A stretch of 53,965 nt of DNA from a virus (Duplodnaviria; Caudoviricetes). Positions 45,160 to 53,571 of the stretch are shown here, in pieces. Every line of letters begins with the position of its first letter. The stretch's first letter is position 1. The notes under the pieces are model-generated. The model did no database searches. It was not told where the DNA came from and saw nothing but the letters and a program-made list of their open reading frames with translations. A program made the translations under genes and the position numbers. The stretch lies in IMG/VR virus record IMGVR_UViG_3300034093_000924, positions 1 to 53,965 of that record, one strand, 5' to 3'.

Positions 45160-45247
45160 CTACACCATGTCCGAGCGCATACAGCGCGTTGTTGTGCTGG
45201 TCGCACTGATTGTGCTGGCCTTGGATTTATTTATATGGAGGGCGTAG
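45152..45247 (+). CDS. Small membrane peptide (31 aa)
   Basis: GGAGAAG RBS; VVVLVALIVLALDLFIW. Confidence 0.5.
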   Translation: MNNYTMSERIQRVVVLVALIVLALDLFIWRA

Positions 45248-45269
45248 CAACCACTAACTTGTCCAACAC

Positions 45270-45298
45270 TTGACAGAAGTTTATTTGCGAGGTATATT
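45270..45298 (+). promoter_or_regulatory. Sigma70 promoter
   Basis: TTGACA-17 nt-TATATT, intergenic, ~20 nt before the 45320 start. Confidence 0.75.
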
Positions 45299-45319
45299 TT
45301 CAAAAACGGAGAAGCACAA

Positions 45320-45538
45320 ATGCACTACCACACACCGCCCTACGACACGGGCAAAGTAAAGATCGGCCTGATGTACAACGGCAGGCCCAGCACCATGACG
45401 CGAGACGAAGAGCTTATCCAGGCGGCACTGCTTGGCATACGCCCTGATTGGTGCTACTTCATCGAGAGCGCACTGATCTATGTCGCTGTCGTATTCACCC
45501 TTTTATCCGCCATCTTTTTTCTACTAGCCAAGGACTAA
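45320..45538 (+). CDS. Small protein with C-terminal TM helix (72 aa)
   Basis: GGAGAAGC RBS; PYDTGKVKIG; hydrophobic tail. Confidence 0.7.
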   Translation: MHYHTPPYDTGKVKIGLMYNGRPSTMTRDEELIQAALLGIRPDWCYFIESALIYVAVVFTLLSAIFFLLAKD

Positions 45539-45540
45539 AA

Positions 45541-46188
45541 ATGCCCGACTTACAAACCGCACTCACCACTGCAATCAAGAGCCAAGTTTTATCAACCACC
45601 ATCAACGAATGGGAAGAAGAGGAGCAGCAGACCATGCAAGCACAAACACAACCACAGGCACAAGCACCAATCATGCAAACACAAACCAAAATCAACGGCA
45701 ACAGCAAACTTACCCTCACGGGCAACCTATCCAAAGACATCTTCGTCTACATCAGAGACAACCCCGGCTGCTTACGCGCCGATATACGAAAGGTGTTTAT
45801 CGAGGCGGGTTTTAAAGAGGCTTCAATAGGCTCCCTCGTCTCGCAGATGGTGCGCAACAAAATAGTGAACATCAACGAGGTGGGCAACCTCGAAGCGAAG
45901 CGCGTTTACTACAAGCCGCTGGTCAGCGGAGCCAAGAGAAAAGAGATGAGCATAAAGCGGGGCGTAGCACGCGACAAGCCCGCAAAGCCCAAGGCGCAGG
46001 GCATCGCCGCGCTGGCCCCCGAGCCTACCCAGGACACAGCCAAGGGCCAGGAAGCCATCGACAAGGTGCTTGCCCTACCTGTGCGTGAAGCGCGGGCTGT
46101 GTACGATGCGCTGTGCCTGTTGCGGGACTTGAATGTGGGCGAGGCGAGACACTTGTACACCGAGTTGCAGAAACTGTTCGGAGGTTGA
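45541..46188 (+). CDS. Putative winged-helix DNA-binding protein (215 aa)
   Basis: IFVYIRDNPGCLRADI...SIGSLVSQMVRNKIV resembles a winged HTH. Confidence 0.6.
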   Translation: MPDLQTALTTAIKSQVLSTTINEWEEEEQQTMQAQTQPQAQAPIMQTQTKINGNSKLTLTGNLSKDIFVYIRDNPGCLRADIRKVFIEAGFKEASIGSLVSQMVRNKIVNINEVGNLEAKRVYYKPLVSGAKRKEMSIKRGVARDKPAKPKAQGIAALAPEPTQDTAKGQEAIDKVLALPVREARAVYDALCLLRDLNVGEARHLYTELQKLFGG

Positions 46189-46311
46189 ATGGACACAGTT
46201 CTGGCCACGATTCTCTTGGGGTTCATAGGTGTGGTAGTTGCTGGCCTTGTGCTGGTAGCACTGATGCGCTTGTGGTTCTGGATGGATGAGCAGGAAAGGA
46301 ATGACAGATGA
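46189..46311 (+). CDS. Small membrane peptide (40 aa)
   Basis: GGAGG RBS; single TM helix. Confidence 0.55.
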   Translation: MDTVLATILLGFIGVVVAGLVLVALMRLWFWMDEQERNDR

Positions 46312-46338
46312 ACGGCAAACACAAACAGGAGAAACGCA

Positions 46339-46569
46339 ATGGCTAAGTTACCTTACACATACACCATTTGCCCCGACCAAGAACCGCCAAAGCAATTCAC
46401 GGCGAGTTGTGTCGATATGGGGCGCTTGCTTAAGAACTCCCCTGATGGGGACTTGACGATTAACCAGAAGCGTACCGCCACATGGGATGTGTGGTCTGGT
46501 AACCACATGGGCGCAATTGAAGAAGCGCTACACGCCATAAGCGAACAGCACAAAAAGGAAAAGAAATGA
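46339..46569 (+). CDS. Hypothetical protein (76 aa)
   Basis: AGGAG RBS. Confidence 0.7.
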   Translation: MAKLPYTYTICPDQEPPKQFTASCVDMGRLLKNSPDGDLTINQKRTATWDVWSGNHMGAIEEALHAISEQHKKEKK

Positions 46570-46835
46570 ACGAAGAAGACGAAGCATTCGAGCAGTTGGC
46601 CTTGAAGCAGGGCCAATGGGAACACACAAGTGGATGGCGTAAGAAACAAATCATGGACACACAAGCATTCCCAAACCCACACAGGACTGACATGACGGGC
46701 ATGACCTTGCGGGACTACTTTGCGGCAAAGGCTATGCAAGGAATGATGCACGATGTATCGCAACCCGTTGGAGAAGTAATCGCTGAATGGGCCTATCAAG
46801 TTGCAGACGCAATGCTGAAAGCGAGGGAAGCATGA
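46566..46835 (+). CDS. Hypothetical protein with GMTLRDYFAAKAMQG motif
   Basis: Widespread phage motif plus AYQVADAMLKAR. Confidence 0.75.
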   Translation: MNEEDEAFEQLALKQGQWEHTSGWRKKQIMDTQAFPNPHRTDMTGMTLRDYFAAKAMQGMMHDVSQPVGEVIAEWAYQVADAMLKAREA

Positions 46836-47047
46836 CCGCCATGACCAAGGAAGAGTTCAAAGCCCGTTGGGAATCCAATGACAACGGCGGTGGTATCAGT
46901 TACGACGACATTGCAAACTGCGCGGTGGCGTGGGGCATATCGCGTACACCAAAGACACGCCGCATTGACGTTATCCGCTACCAAGTGCTGGTGGCGGCAG
47001 GCACAGTGGATGCCGAAGAATTCACACCTGACGAGGAGCAAGCATGA
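46832..47047 (+). CDS. Hypothetical protein (71 aa)
   Basis: ATGA overlaps at both ends. Confidence 0.65.
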   Translation: MTAMTKEEFKARWESNDNGGGISYDDIANCAVAWGISRTPKTRRIDVIRYQVLVAAGTVDAEEFTPDEEQA

Positions 47048-47301
47048 AACTCTCCGCACAGAAAAAGTTTGAATTGGCTTTGCACGATATGCCGATGTGC
47101 GCCGTCTGCAACAAGCGTGTTGAGCGCATGGAATCCGAATACGACATCAACACATACCAAAAGCGGTTTCGTGTTTACTGCCACGGACAAACGGAAGAGG
47201 CGTTTCTCAGCGACATGGACATTTGGAACGCAGACAGTATTCGCATGGGTCAGGCATTCATTGACAAGCTACCTCAACCACAACTGGAGATGAAGCGATG
47301 A
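47044..47301 (+). CDS. Hypothetical protein with CxxC...CH motif (85 aa)
   Basis: PMCAVCNK...VYCHG; GAGGAG RBS. Confidence 0.7.
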   Translation: MKLSAQKKFELALHDMPMCAVCNKRVERMESEYDINTYQKRFRVYCHGQTEEAFLSDMDIWNADSIRMGQAFIDKLPQPQLEMKR

Positions 47302-47516
47302 CCTACAACGCAGAGCAGATTACCTACATGTTGGCTGATGCCATAGACAAAGACCGTGAGTACAAGTCTTGGCACGTAAGTACAAAGCACCTGATGACCC
47401 TTGTTGAAATGGCTGTTGCTGATGAGCGTGAGGCGTGTGCAAAGGTGTGTGATGAATATGGTGATGAATATGGCGAATTTATTGCCGATGTAATCAGAGC
47501 AAGGGGACAAGCATGA
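47298..47516 (+). CDS. Hypothetical protein with EREACAKVCD motif
   Basis: Common phage motif; ATGA overlaps. Confidence 0.7.
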   Translation: MTYNAEQITYMLADAIDKDREYKSWHVSTKHLMTLVEMAVADEREACAKVCDEYGDEYGEFIADVIRARGQA

Positions 47517-48088
47517 CTGACAAAGAAGCAATGGCAATGGCGCTTGATGCGTTGGAAAACAGCGTTGATTTGGTTGTTGAAGATGCGTACAACGCAGAGC
47601 AACTTTATGGCAACTATCCAACACGACAAGGCAAAGTTGGCGGCTTGAAGATATTGGCTGACCAACACAAAGAAGCCATCGCCGCCCTCAAAGAACGCTT
47701 GGCACAAGAGAAAGCACTTCAAGCCTTGCACAATGAAAATGAACGGCTGGGCTTGTATGAAGATGCTTATGCACAGCCAGAGCAAGAGCCTGTGGCGTGG
47801 GGTGTATTTGAAGGCAACCTGCACGATATGTTTTTTACGCAGGAAGAAGCGCAGGAGATGGCAAGTTTAAAAGGAAGTCATGCAGAAGTGAGACCCCTCT
47901 ACACAACCCCACCCCAGCGCACAGAGCAAGAGCCTACCCCTGAGATTAAGTACAAAATGATTGTGATTGATGACCTGCATCCACAGGGCATACCGGTCGA
48001 GCAGTGGGTAAACCCACCACAGCGCACAGAGCCTTTGATCGGCTGCGTTAATCACGACTGCGCCAAATGCAAGGAGCGCAACACATGA
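47513..48088 (+). CDS. Mosaic hypothetical protein with QEPVAW / PLYTTPPQR modules (191 aa)
   Basis: Typical modular early protein; PPQRTE occurs twice. Confidence 0.7.
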   Translation: MTDKEAMAMALDALENSVDLVVEDAYNAEQLYGNYPTRQGKVGGLKILADQHKEAIAALKERLAQEKALQALHNENERLGLYEDAYAQPEQEPVAWGVFEGNLHDMFFTQEEAQEMASLKGSHAEVRPLYTTPPQRTEQEPTPEIKYKMIVIDDLHPQGIPVEQWVNPPQRTEPLIGCVNHDCAKCKERNT

Positions 48089-48303
48089 AACCAATAGCAT
48101 GGTACGACCCATCTAATGGCGTAGTCAGTACAGATAGAAACAGCCCTTTGTTTACACCGCTTGGTCAGGTGTGGCCTTTGTATCCAAAGGGTGAGTGGGT
48201 TGGACTGACTGACAGGGAGATGATGGACGCCATCCACATGGACGACAGCCCGATGGAGATGGGGCGAAAGACTGAAGCCAAACTCAAGGAGAAGAACACA
48301 TGA
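48085..48303 (+). CDS. Hypothetical protein (72 aa)
   Basis: AAGGAG RBS; EWVGLTD...EAKLKEKN motif. Confidence 0.7.
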   Translation: MKPIAWYDPSNGVVSTDRNSPLFTPLGQVWPLYPKGEWVGLTDREMMDAIHMDDSPMEMGRKTEAKLKEKNT

Positions 48304-49055
48304 TATTTCTAATCAAGAAGCGCAAGTTGGTGGTGGACATGTTCACCTGTCGGCAGATGGTGTTTGATGCGGCAAAGCCCAAGGCGGCGGCACACTTCTA
48401 CCCGCAGTGGTGGAAGGACTTAAAGCTGGAGATACCCATCCAGAACAGCCTGTTCCCCACTGCCACCATGAAGCGGTGCATGGGTGTGGTTGATCACTAC
48501 AAGCACGGCATCGTTCAACCGCTGTGGTCTGACTACACGCTGGAGGTGGGCGCTATTGGCGACCCGCACTGGGCTGGGCAATTCTCTGACAGCACAAGCA
48601 CCATGAGCCAGCACCCCGCCGTATTGCGTGGGTTATTCGCGCCCGAGTCGCACTACTGCCACATGAAGTTCGACAACCCTTGGGTAGCAAGCTGTAAAGA
48701 GGATGTGTACTTCAAGTGGGAGCAACCAACGTGGAGTATGCCAAGCCTGTCTAGCTACGTCCTGTTACCGGGCACGACTGAGTTCAAGTACCAGTATTCC
48801 ATGAATACAAACCTGCTGTTCGTGAAGGGGGCAACCACGATCACACACCGCTTGAAGTTTGGCCAGCCGCTGGTACACCTAACGGCGTTGACAGAGCGCG
48901 ATATTGATCTGCGCCACCACATGGTTACAAGGGAAGAGTACAACAAGTACCTGCAAGGCGAGAAGCTGAGTAACCTCAACCGATACCGCGAGTACCGCAG
49001 GGTGCGCGAGTCTGAAGAAAGCAAATGCCCGTTTGGGTTTGGGAGAAAGACATGA
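48300..49055 (+). CDS. Hypothetical protein (251 aa), possible dUTPase-like beta fold
   Basis: PQWWK...TMKRC...KFDNPW...LPG...GQPLVHL pattern; the fold assignment is inference. Confidence 0.7.
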   Translation: MIFLIKKRKLVVDMFTCRQMVFDAAKPKAAAHFYPQWWKDLKLEIPIQNSLFPTATMKRCMGVVDHYKHGIVQPLWSDYTLEVGAIGDPHWAGQFSDSTSTMSQHPAVLRGLFAPESHYCHMKFDNPWVASCKEDVYFKWEQPTWSMPSLSSYVLLPGTTEFKYQYSMNTNLLFVKGATTITHRLKFGQPLVHLTALTERDIDLRHHMVTREEYNKYLQGEKLSNLNRYREYRRVRESEESKCPFGFGRKT

Positions 49056-49297
49056 GTAAATGGGAAAGCCACAAGGACAGGGGCAACACCACCTTCAACA
49101 GGTGGGCAGAAGCCAACAGCGTTGCAAAGATGACACGCGAGAACAATACATGGATGCACAGCCGGGGAAAGTTGTGCTGGACCTGTCAAAAGCAATCCGT
49201 GCCCGAAAAAGGGTGTGTATTGAATATCAATATGGGGCTTCACAAATACGTGTGCAAGCCCTGCGTTGACGCACGCAAACCAAAGGAAGCCACATGA
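49052..49297 (+). CDS. Small zinc-finger protein (81 aa)
   Basis: CWTCQK...CKPC. Confidence 0.65.
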   Translation: MSKWESHKDRGNTTFNRWAEANSVAKMTRENNTWMHSRGKLCWTCQKQSVPEKGCVLNINMGLHKYVCKPCVDARKPKEAT

Positions 49298-49458
49298 AAG
49301 GTGGAGCAAGACCGGGGAGTGGGCGCAAACCCACACTGATTGACGAGCGCCGAGTACTTGTACTGCGTGAGCAGGGCGAGTCAATGCAAAAGATTGCCGA
49401 GCGGTTTAATGTTAGCCTACAGGTCATCAAGTACTTTTTTAAGAAGCGAAGGAAGTAA
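49294..49458 (+). CDS. Small HTH DNA-binding protein (54 aa)
   Basis: MKGGARPGSGRKP...LREQGESMQKIAERFNVS; below the track length cutoff. Confidence 0.7.
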   Translation: MKGGARPGSGRKPTLIDERRVLVLREQGESMQKIAERFNVSLQVIKYFFKKRRK

Positions 49459-49459
49459 C

Positions 49460-49759
49460 ATGGCCATGACCCCCGAAGCCAAAGTCAAGAAGGCAGTCAA
49501 GCGACTGCTCGATGACAACGCGGTGTACCACTTCTCGCCTGTGCAAAACGGCATGGGCAGAGCGGGCATACCAGACATCATCTGCTGTTACTTTGGCACG
49601 TTCATCGCCATCGAGTGCAAGGCGGGCAAGGGCAAGACCACTGCGCTGCAAGACATGGAGCTGGCCAAGATACAGCAGGCCGGGGGGACGGCACTGGTTA
49701 TCAACGAGGAGAACATGGACTTGGTGAAACAAACTTTAAAGGAACTGCTATGCGAATAA
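49460..49759 (+). CDS. VRR-NUC domain nuclease
   Basis: TPEAKVK...GIPDII...IECKAG...TALQ. Confidence 0.85.
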   Translation: MAMTPEAKVKKAVKRLLDDNAVYHFSPVQNGMGRAGIPDIICCYFGTFIAIECKAGKGKTTALQDMELAKIQQAGGTALVINEENMDLVKQTLKELLCE

Positions 49760-50025
49760 CACAAGAGGACATAGAGGCGCGAGTGGCGTCTATGACCGAT
49801 GCCCAGAAGGACCACTTCAAAACGCTGGTGTACGCACTGCTCCAGTGCTACGCCGAGGATAAGCACGCTGCTGTCATTGTGCTGGGCGACCTGACCGATG
49901 AGAGCGCCAGCGTAATCACAGTCAACTGCAACGAGATGGATGCAGCCACGCTGCTGCTGGCAGCGGATAACTTTTTCAACTACATCAACATGCGTGAAGC
50001 ACCACCCAAAGAGGCCATGAATTGA
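49750..50025 (+). CDS. Hypothetical protein (91 aa)
   Basis: AAGGA RBS before ATG 49750; overlaps the polymerase start. Confidence 0.65.
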   Translation: MRITQEDIEARVASMTDAQKDHFKTLVYALLQCYAEDKHAAVIVLGDLTDESASVITVNCNEMDAATLLLAADNFFNYINMREAPPKEAMN

Positions 50026-51989
50026 CCAAACCATTTGACAGAATACTATGCATCGACTTTGAGACACGTTGGAGTAGCAAGGACTACACGCTGTCCAAGA
50101 TGACAACAGAGGAGTACATACGTGACAATAAGTTCGTGGCTTTCGGAGCCTGTACACATGAGTTCGGAAGCGACGAGCCGATTGAATGGGTTAGAGGACC
50201 AGATTTATCTGAGTACTTTTCTGGCATCGACTGGGGACGAACCGCCGTGCTTGCACATAACGCCCAATTCGATATTTCCATCCTTGAGTGGCGATATGAC
50301 TGTCACCCCGTCTTCATCTTCGACACCCTATCAATGGCAAGAGCTTTACGCGGCGTGGAAGTTGGCAATTCCCTCGCCAAACTGGCAGGAGATTTTGGTC
50401 TTCCCCCCAAAGGGAGAGCCGTACATAGTACCGATGGACTGGCCGTCCTTGAGCCTGAGACAGAAAGAGAACTTGCTGAGTATTGTCAGCACGACGTATA
50501 TCTCTGCGAACAAATATTCGAAAGACTCTCGGCGGGCTACCCTAGATCGGAACTACACCTTATTGACATGACGCTCAAAATGTACACACGACCAGTGTTG
50601 CAACTTGACCAAAAGATGTTGATACAAGCATTGACAGAAGAAGGAAACATACGTGAAGCGCTCCTACAACGTCTTAACATCAATGAGTCTGAACTGGCGT
50701 CAAACCCTAAGTTTGCGCAGATTCTTACAGGCCTTGGCGTTACACCCCCGACAAAAATCAGTAAGACCACAGGCAAGCAAACGCTTGCCCTGGCAAAAAA
50801 CGATGCTCTCTTCCAAGCCCTCCTCAATGGCTCGAACGAAGATGTTGCGCTCCTTTGCGAAGCGCGTCTCAAAGTCAAATCAACAACCGAACGCACAAGG
50901 GCACAGCGGTTCTTGGACATCAGCCAGCGCGGCCCGCTCCCGGTTCCGCTTTCGTACTACGGTGCTCAGACTGGCAGGTGGACAGCGGCCAAGGGCAGTG
51001 CCATCAACATGCAAAACCTCAAGCGAAAGTCGTTCTTACGTAAAGCGATTATGGCTCCCGATGGCTACCAACTCGTTGTCGGCGACCTCTCGCAGATTGA
51101 GCCGCGAGTACTCGCGTGGCTGGCCGACTACGATGATATGCTCAACATCTTCCGGGCTGGAGGTGACCCTTACGCGGCATTCGGAAGTCAGATGTTTAAC
51201 ATACCCGGGCTTACTAAGGATTCTCATCCAGACCTGCGGCAGTCTGCAAAAAGCGCGTTACTGGGCTGCGGCTATGGTCTGGGCTGGGCATCGTTCGCGT
51301 CACAGCTTCTTACGGGATTCCTTGGGGCCCCCCCAGTTCGCTACTCGAAAGAGTTTGCTAAAGCACTGGGCGTGGACGGAGAATATGCGCAACGCTTCCT
51401 AGACTGGGATGAGAACGTCACGAAGCTGGAGGAAATCCCCCGCATCTGCACGAGCAAGGAACTGCTGGTGCACTGCCTTGCGGCCAAGAAGATCATCGAC
51501 ATCTACCGGGCAACTGCCGCACCTGTCGTAGAGATGTGGGACTTGTTTGGCCAACTCATCGAGCGCAGCCTGTACAACGGCAAGGAGTACACGCACAAGT
51601 GCCTGACCTTCAAGAAGGGGGAGATCATCTTGCCAAGCGGTATGAGTTTGTTGTATCCTGATCTCAAGCCCCTCAAGGATGACAAGGGCCGGGTGCAGTG
51701 GGTTTACGGCCCCGACCAGACCAAGCTATATGCTGGTAAGATAACGAACAACGTCACGCAGGGCGTAGCAAGATGTGTGATGACAGACGGGATGCTTCGC
51801 GTAGCAAAACAGTATCCAGTCAAAGGGACAGTGCATGACGAGCTGATCGCCGTGGTGCCTGACGATGAAGTAGCCACCGCTAAGACATGGGTCTTGGCGC
51901 AAATGACTATGGAGCCGAAGTACTTGCCGGGGATACCCCTGGCCGCTGACGGTGGTGCGCACCGTCGTTATGGGTTAGCAAAAAATTAA
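50022..51989 (+). CDS. polA: DNA polymerase family A with 3'-5' exonuclease
   Basis: Exonuclease IDFET/HNAQFD; motif A DLSQIEPR; motif B RQSAKSALLGCGYG; motif C VHDE; TTG start. Confidence 0.92.
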   Translation: MTKPFDRILCIDFETRWSSKDYTLSKMTTEEYIRDNKFVAFGACTHEFGSDEPIEWVRGPDLSEYFSGIDWGRTAVLAHNAQFDISILEWRYDCHPVFIFDTLSMARALRGVEVGNSLAKLAGDFGLPPKGRAVHSTDGLAVLEPETERELAEYCQHDVYLCEQIFERLSAGYPRSELHLIDMTLKMYTRPVLQLDQKMLIQALTEEGNIREALLQRLNINESELASNPKFAQILTGLGVTPPTKISKTTGKQTLALAKNDALFQALLNGSNEDVALLCEARLKVKSTTERTRAQRFLDISQRGPLPVPLSYYGAQTGRWTAAKGSAINMQNLKRKSFLRKAIMAPDGYQLVVGDLSQIEPRVLAWLADYDDMLNIFRAGGDPYAAFGSQMFNIPGLTKDSHPDLRQSAKSALLGCGYGLGWASFASQLLTGFLGAPPVRYSKEFAKALGVDGEYAQRFLDWDENVTKLEEIPRICTSKELLVHCLAAKKIIDIYRATAAPVVEMWDLFGQLIERSLYNGKEYTHKCLTFKKGEIILPSGMSLLYPDLKPLKDDKGRVQWVYGPDQTKLYAGKITNNVTQGVARCVMTDGMLRVAKQYPVKGTVHDELIAVVPDDEVATAKTWVLAQMTMEPKYLPGIPLAADGGAHRRYGLAKN

Positions 51990-51998
51990 GGAGAAGCA

Positions 51999-52316
51999 AT
52001 GACAGTAAAGCACAGACAGATACCGCGCAAGATGCGCGTAGGCAGCAGGACATACTCGGTTGAGGTTGTCGAAGCGATGATCGAGAAGAACCTGATGGGG
52101 CGCACGTACTACCCCGACAGGAACATCAAGATCGGACTCAAGAGCAACAGCACCGGGCGTGTGTACAAGCCCACCGAAGTCCACGACACCTTCTGGCACG
52201 AGGTGGTGCACGCCATCTTGCACGACATGGGCGAGGACAGCTTGAACAAGAACGAACGCTTCGTGACCCGGTTCGCCAACCGCTTGACCAAAGCAATAGA
52301 GACTGCGAGATTTTGA
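51999..52316 (+). CDS. Small zincin-like metallopeptidase (HExxH)
   Basis: TFWHEVVHAIL...NERFV; AAGGAGAAGCA RBS. Confidence 0.7.
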   Translation: MTVKHRQIPRKMRVGSRTYSVEVVEAMIEKNLMGRTYYPDRNIKIGLKSNSTGRVYKPTEVHDTFWHEVVHAILHDMGEDSLNKNERFVTRFANRLTKAIETARF

Positions 52317-52549
52317 TGATTCACGAAGTAATTTACGAAGACGACAAACCAGTGTTCGTGCGCTTCTATGCGGTGGCCGTGTCAGACTACGGCAGTGAGG
52401 GGTGCACGCCTACGCATCGAGAAGAATGTCCACTTACTGGCTTTGTTGCGTGCGTGGGTCGATCAGGCGACAACATCTGCGGCGGGTACTACGGCCACGC
52501 AGGTCCTCATGTTGTTAAGTGCCGCGAACAAAGGAAAGCAAATGGCTAA
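52313..52549 (+). CDS. Hypothetical Cys-rich protein (78 aa)
   Basis: Fills the gap with overlaps; weak RBS. Confidence 0.5.
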   Translation: MMIHEVIYEDDKPVFVRFYAVAVSDYGSEGCTPTHREECPLTGFVACVGRSGDNICGGYYGHAGPHVVKCREQRKANG

Positions 52550-53207
52550 GGTGACATGGAGCCACAGTGCTCTCAAGGATTTCGAAGGGTGCGCACGCAG
52601 GCACCACGAAGTCAAGGTGCTCAACAACTATCCGTTCCAAGAGACGGAGGCCACGCGCTACGGCACGAGCTTTCACTCAGCGGCTGAAGTCTACATTCGG
52701 GACGGCACACCGCTGCCCCCTGAGTTTGCTTACGCCACGGCGGTGCTTGATGCGCTCCTGGCCAAACCGGGGAGGAAGCTGTGCGAGTACGAGATGGGCA
52801 TCACCCCGGACTTGCAGCCGTGCTCCTTCAACGAACCCAAGCGCTGGGTGCGGGGCATCGCTGACTTGCTCATCATTGACGACGACAACTTGACCGCCTC
52901 GGTGCTGGACTACAAGACGGGCAACAACAAGTACCCAGATCGTGACCAGCTAAAGCTCATGTCCCTCATGGTGTTCAAGCACTTCCCCCATATCCGCAAG
53001 GTGCGTTCAGCGCTGCTGTTCGTGGTCAAGAACGATATGGTCAAACACACCATGGCCGTGGACGAGACCGAGGCTGAGTGGTGGCGCTATCGTGAGCGTG
53101 TGGCCAAGCTGGAGTCCTGCTATGCCACAGGCGTATGGAACCCAACGCGCACCCCGCTGTGCGGCTGGTGCCCTGTGAGATCATGTGAGTTCAACCCTAA
53201 ACACTGA
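52542..53207 (+). CDS. Cas4-like PD-(D/E)XK exonuclease
   Basis: WSHSALKDFEGC, GIADLL, DYKTG, QLKLM, CGWCP..C. Confidence 0.85.
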   Translation: MAKVTWSHSALKDFEGCARRHHEVKVLNNYPFQETEATRYGTSFHSAAEVYIRDGTPLPPEFAYATAVLDALLAKPGRKLCEYEMGITPDLQPCSFNEPKRWVRGIADLLIIDDDNLTASVLDYKTGNNKYPDRDQLKLMSLMVFKHFPHIRKVRSALLFVVKNDMVKHTMAVDETEAEWWRYRERVAKLESCYATGVWNPTRTPLCGWCPVRSCEFNPKH

Positions 53208-53217
53208 AAGGCAAACC

Positions 53218-53451
53218 ATGGCAACCCGCAACTACAAAGCTATATACAAACGCGATTTGGAAACGGGCAGGTCTGGCCCTGACTCCGATCAGCACGAACG
53301 CCAACGCGCTCGGCGTGAGTATGACAAGAAGGGCATCGCCCGCACTGGCAAGGACATTGACCACATCAAGCCGCTGCGCAAGGGCGGCAAGTCAGTACCG
53401 GGCAACCTGCGGTTGCGTGCTAAGAAGGCCAACCAAGGAGACAACAAATGA
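53218..53451 (+). CDS. Small HNH endonuclease
   Basis: DIDHIKPLRKGG...NLRL...N. Confidence 0.8.
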   Translation: MATRNYKAIYKRDLETGRSGPDSDQHERQRARREYDKKGIARTGKDIDHIKPLRKGGKSVPGNLRLRAKKANQGDNK

Positions 53452-53558
53452 CATTCGAGGAATGGTGGAAGACCCTCACGGTCTCAGAGCAAAAGCTCAT
53501 AGGCTACAACGTAGCCCGCTTCGTTTGGGAACAAGCGTTGGCGTTAGGAAAAAAATAA
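53448..53558 (+). CDS. Hypothetical peptide (36 aa)
   Basis: AAGGAG RBS; MTFEEWW... Confidence 0.55.
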   Translation: MTFEEWWKTLTVSEQKLIGYNVARFVWEQALALGKK

Positions 53559-53571
53559 ACCCGAGAAGCGA

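Noticed and set aside
52542-53207. Cas4-like gene as evidence of CRISPR-Cas
   Set aside because: Stand-alone exonuclease in a phage replication module; no array or other cas genes.
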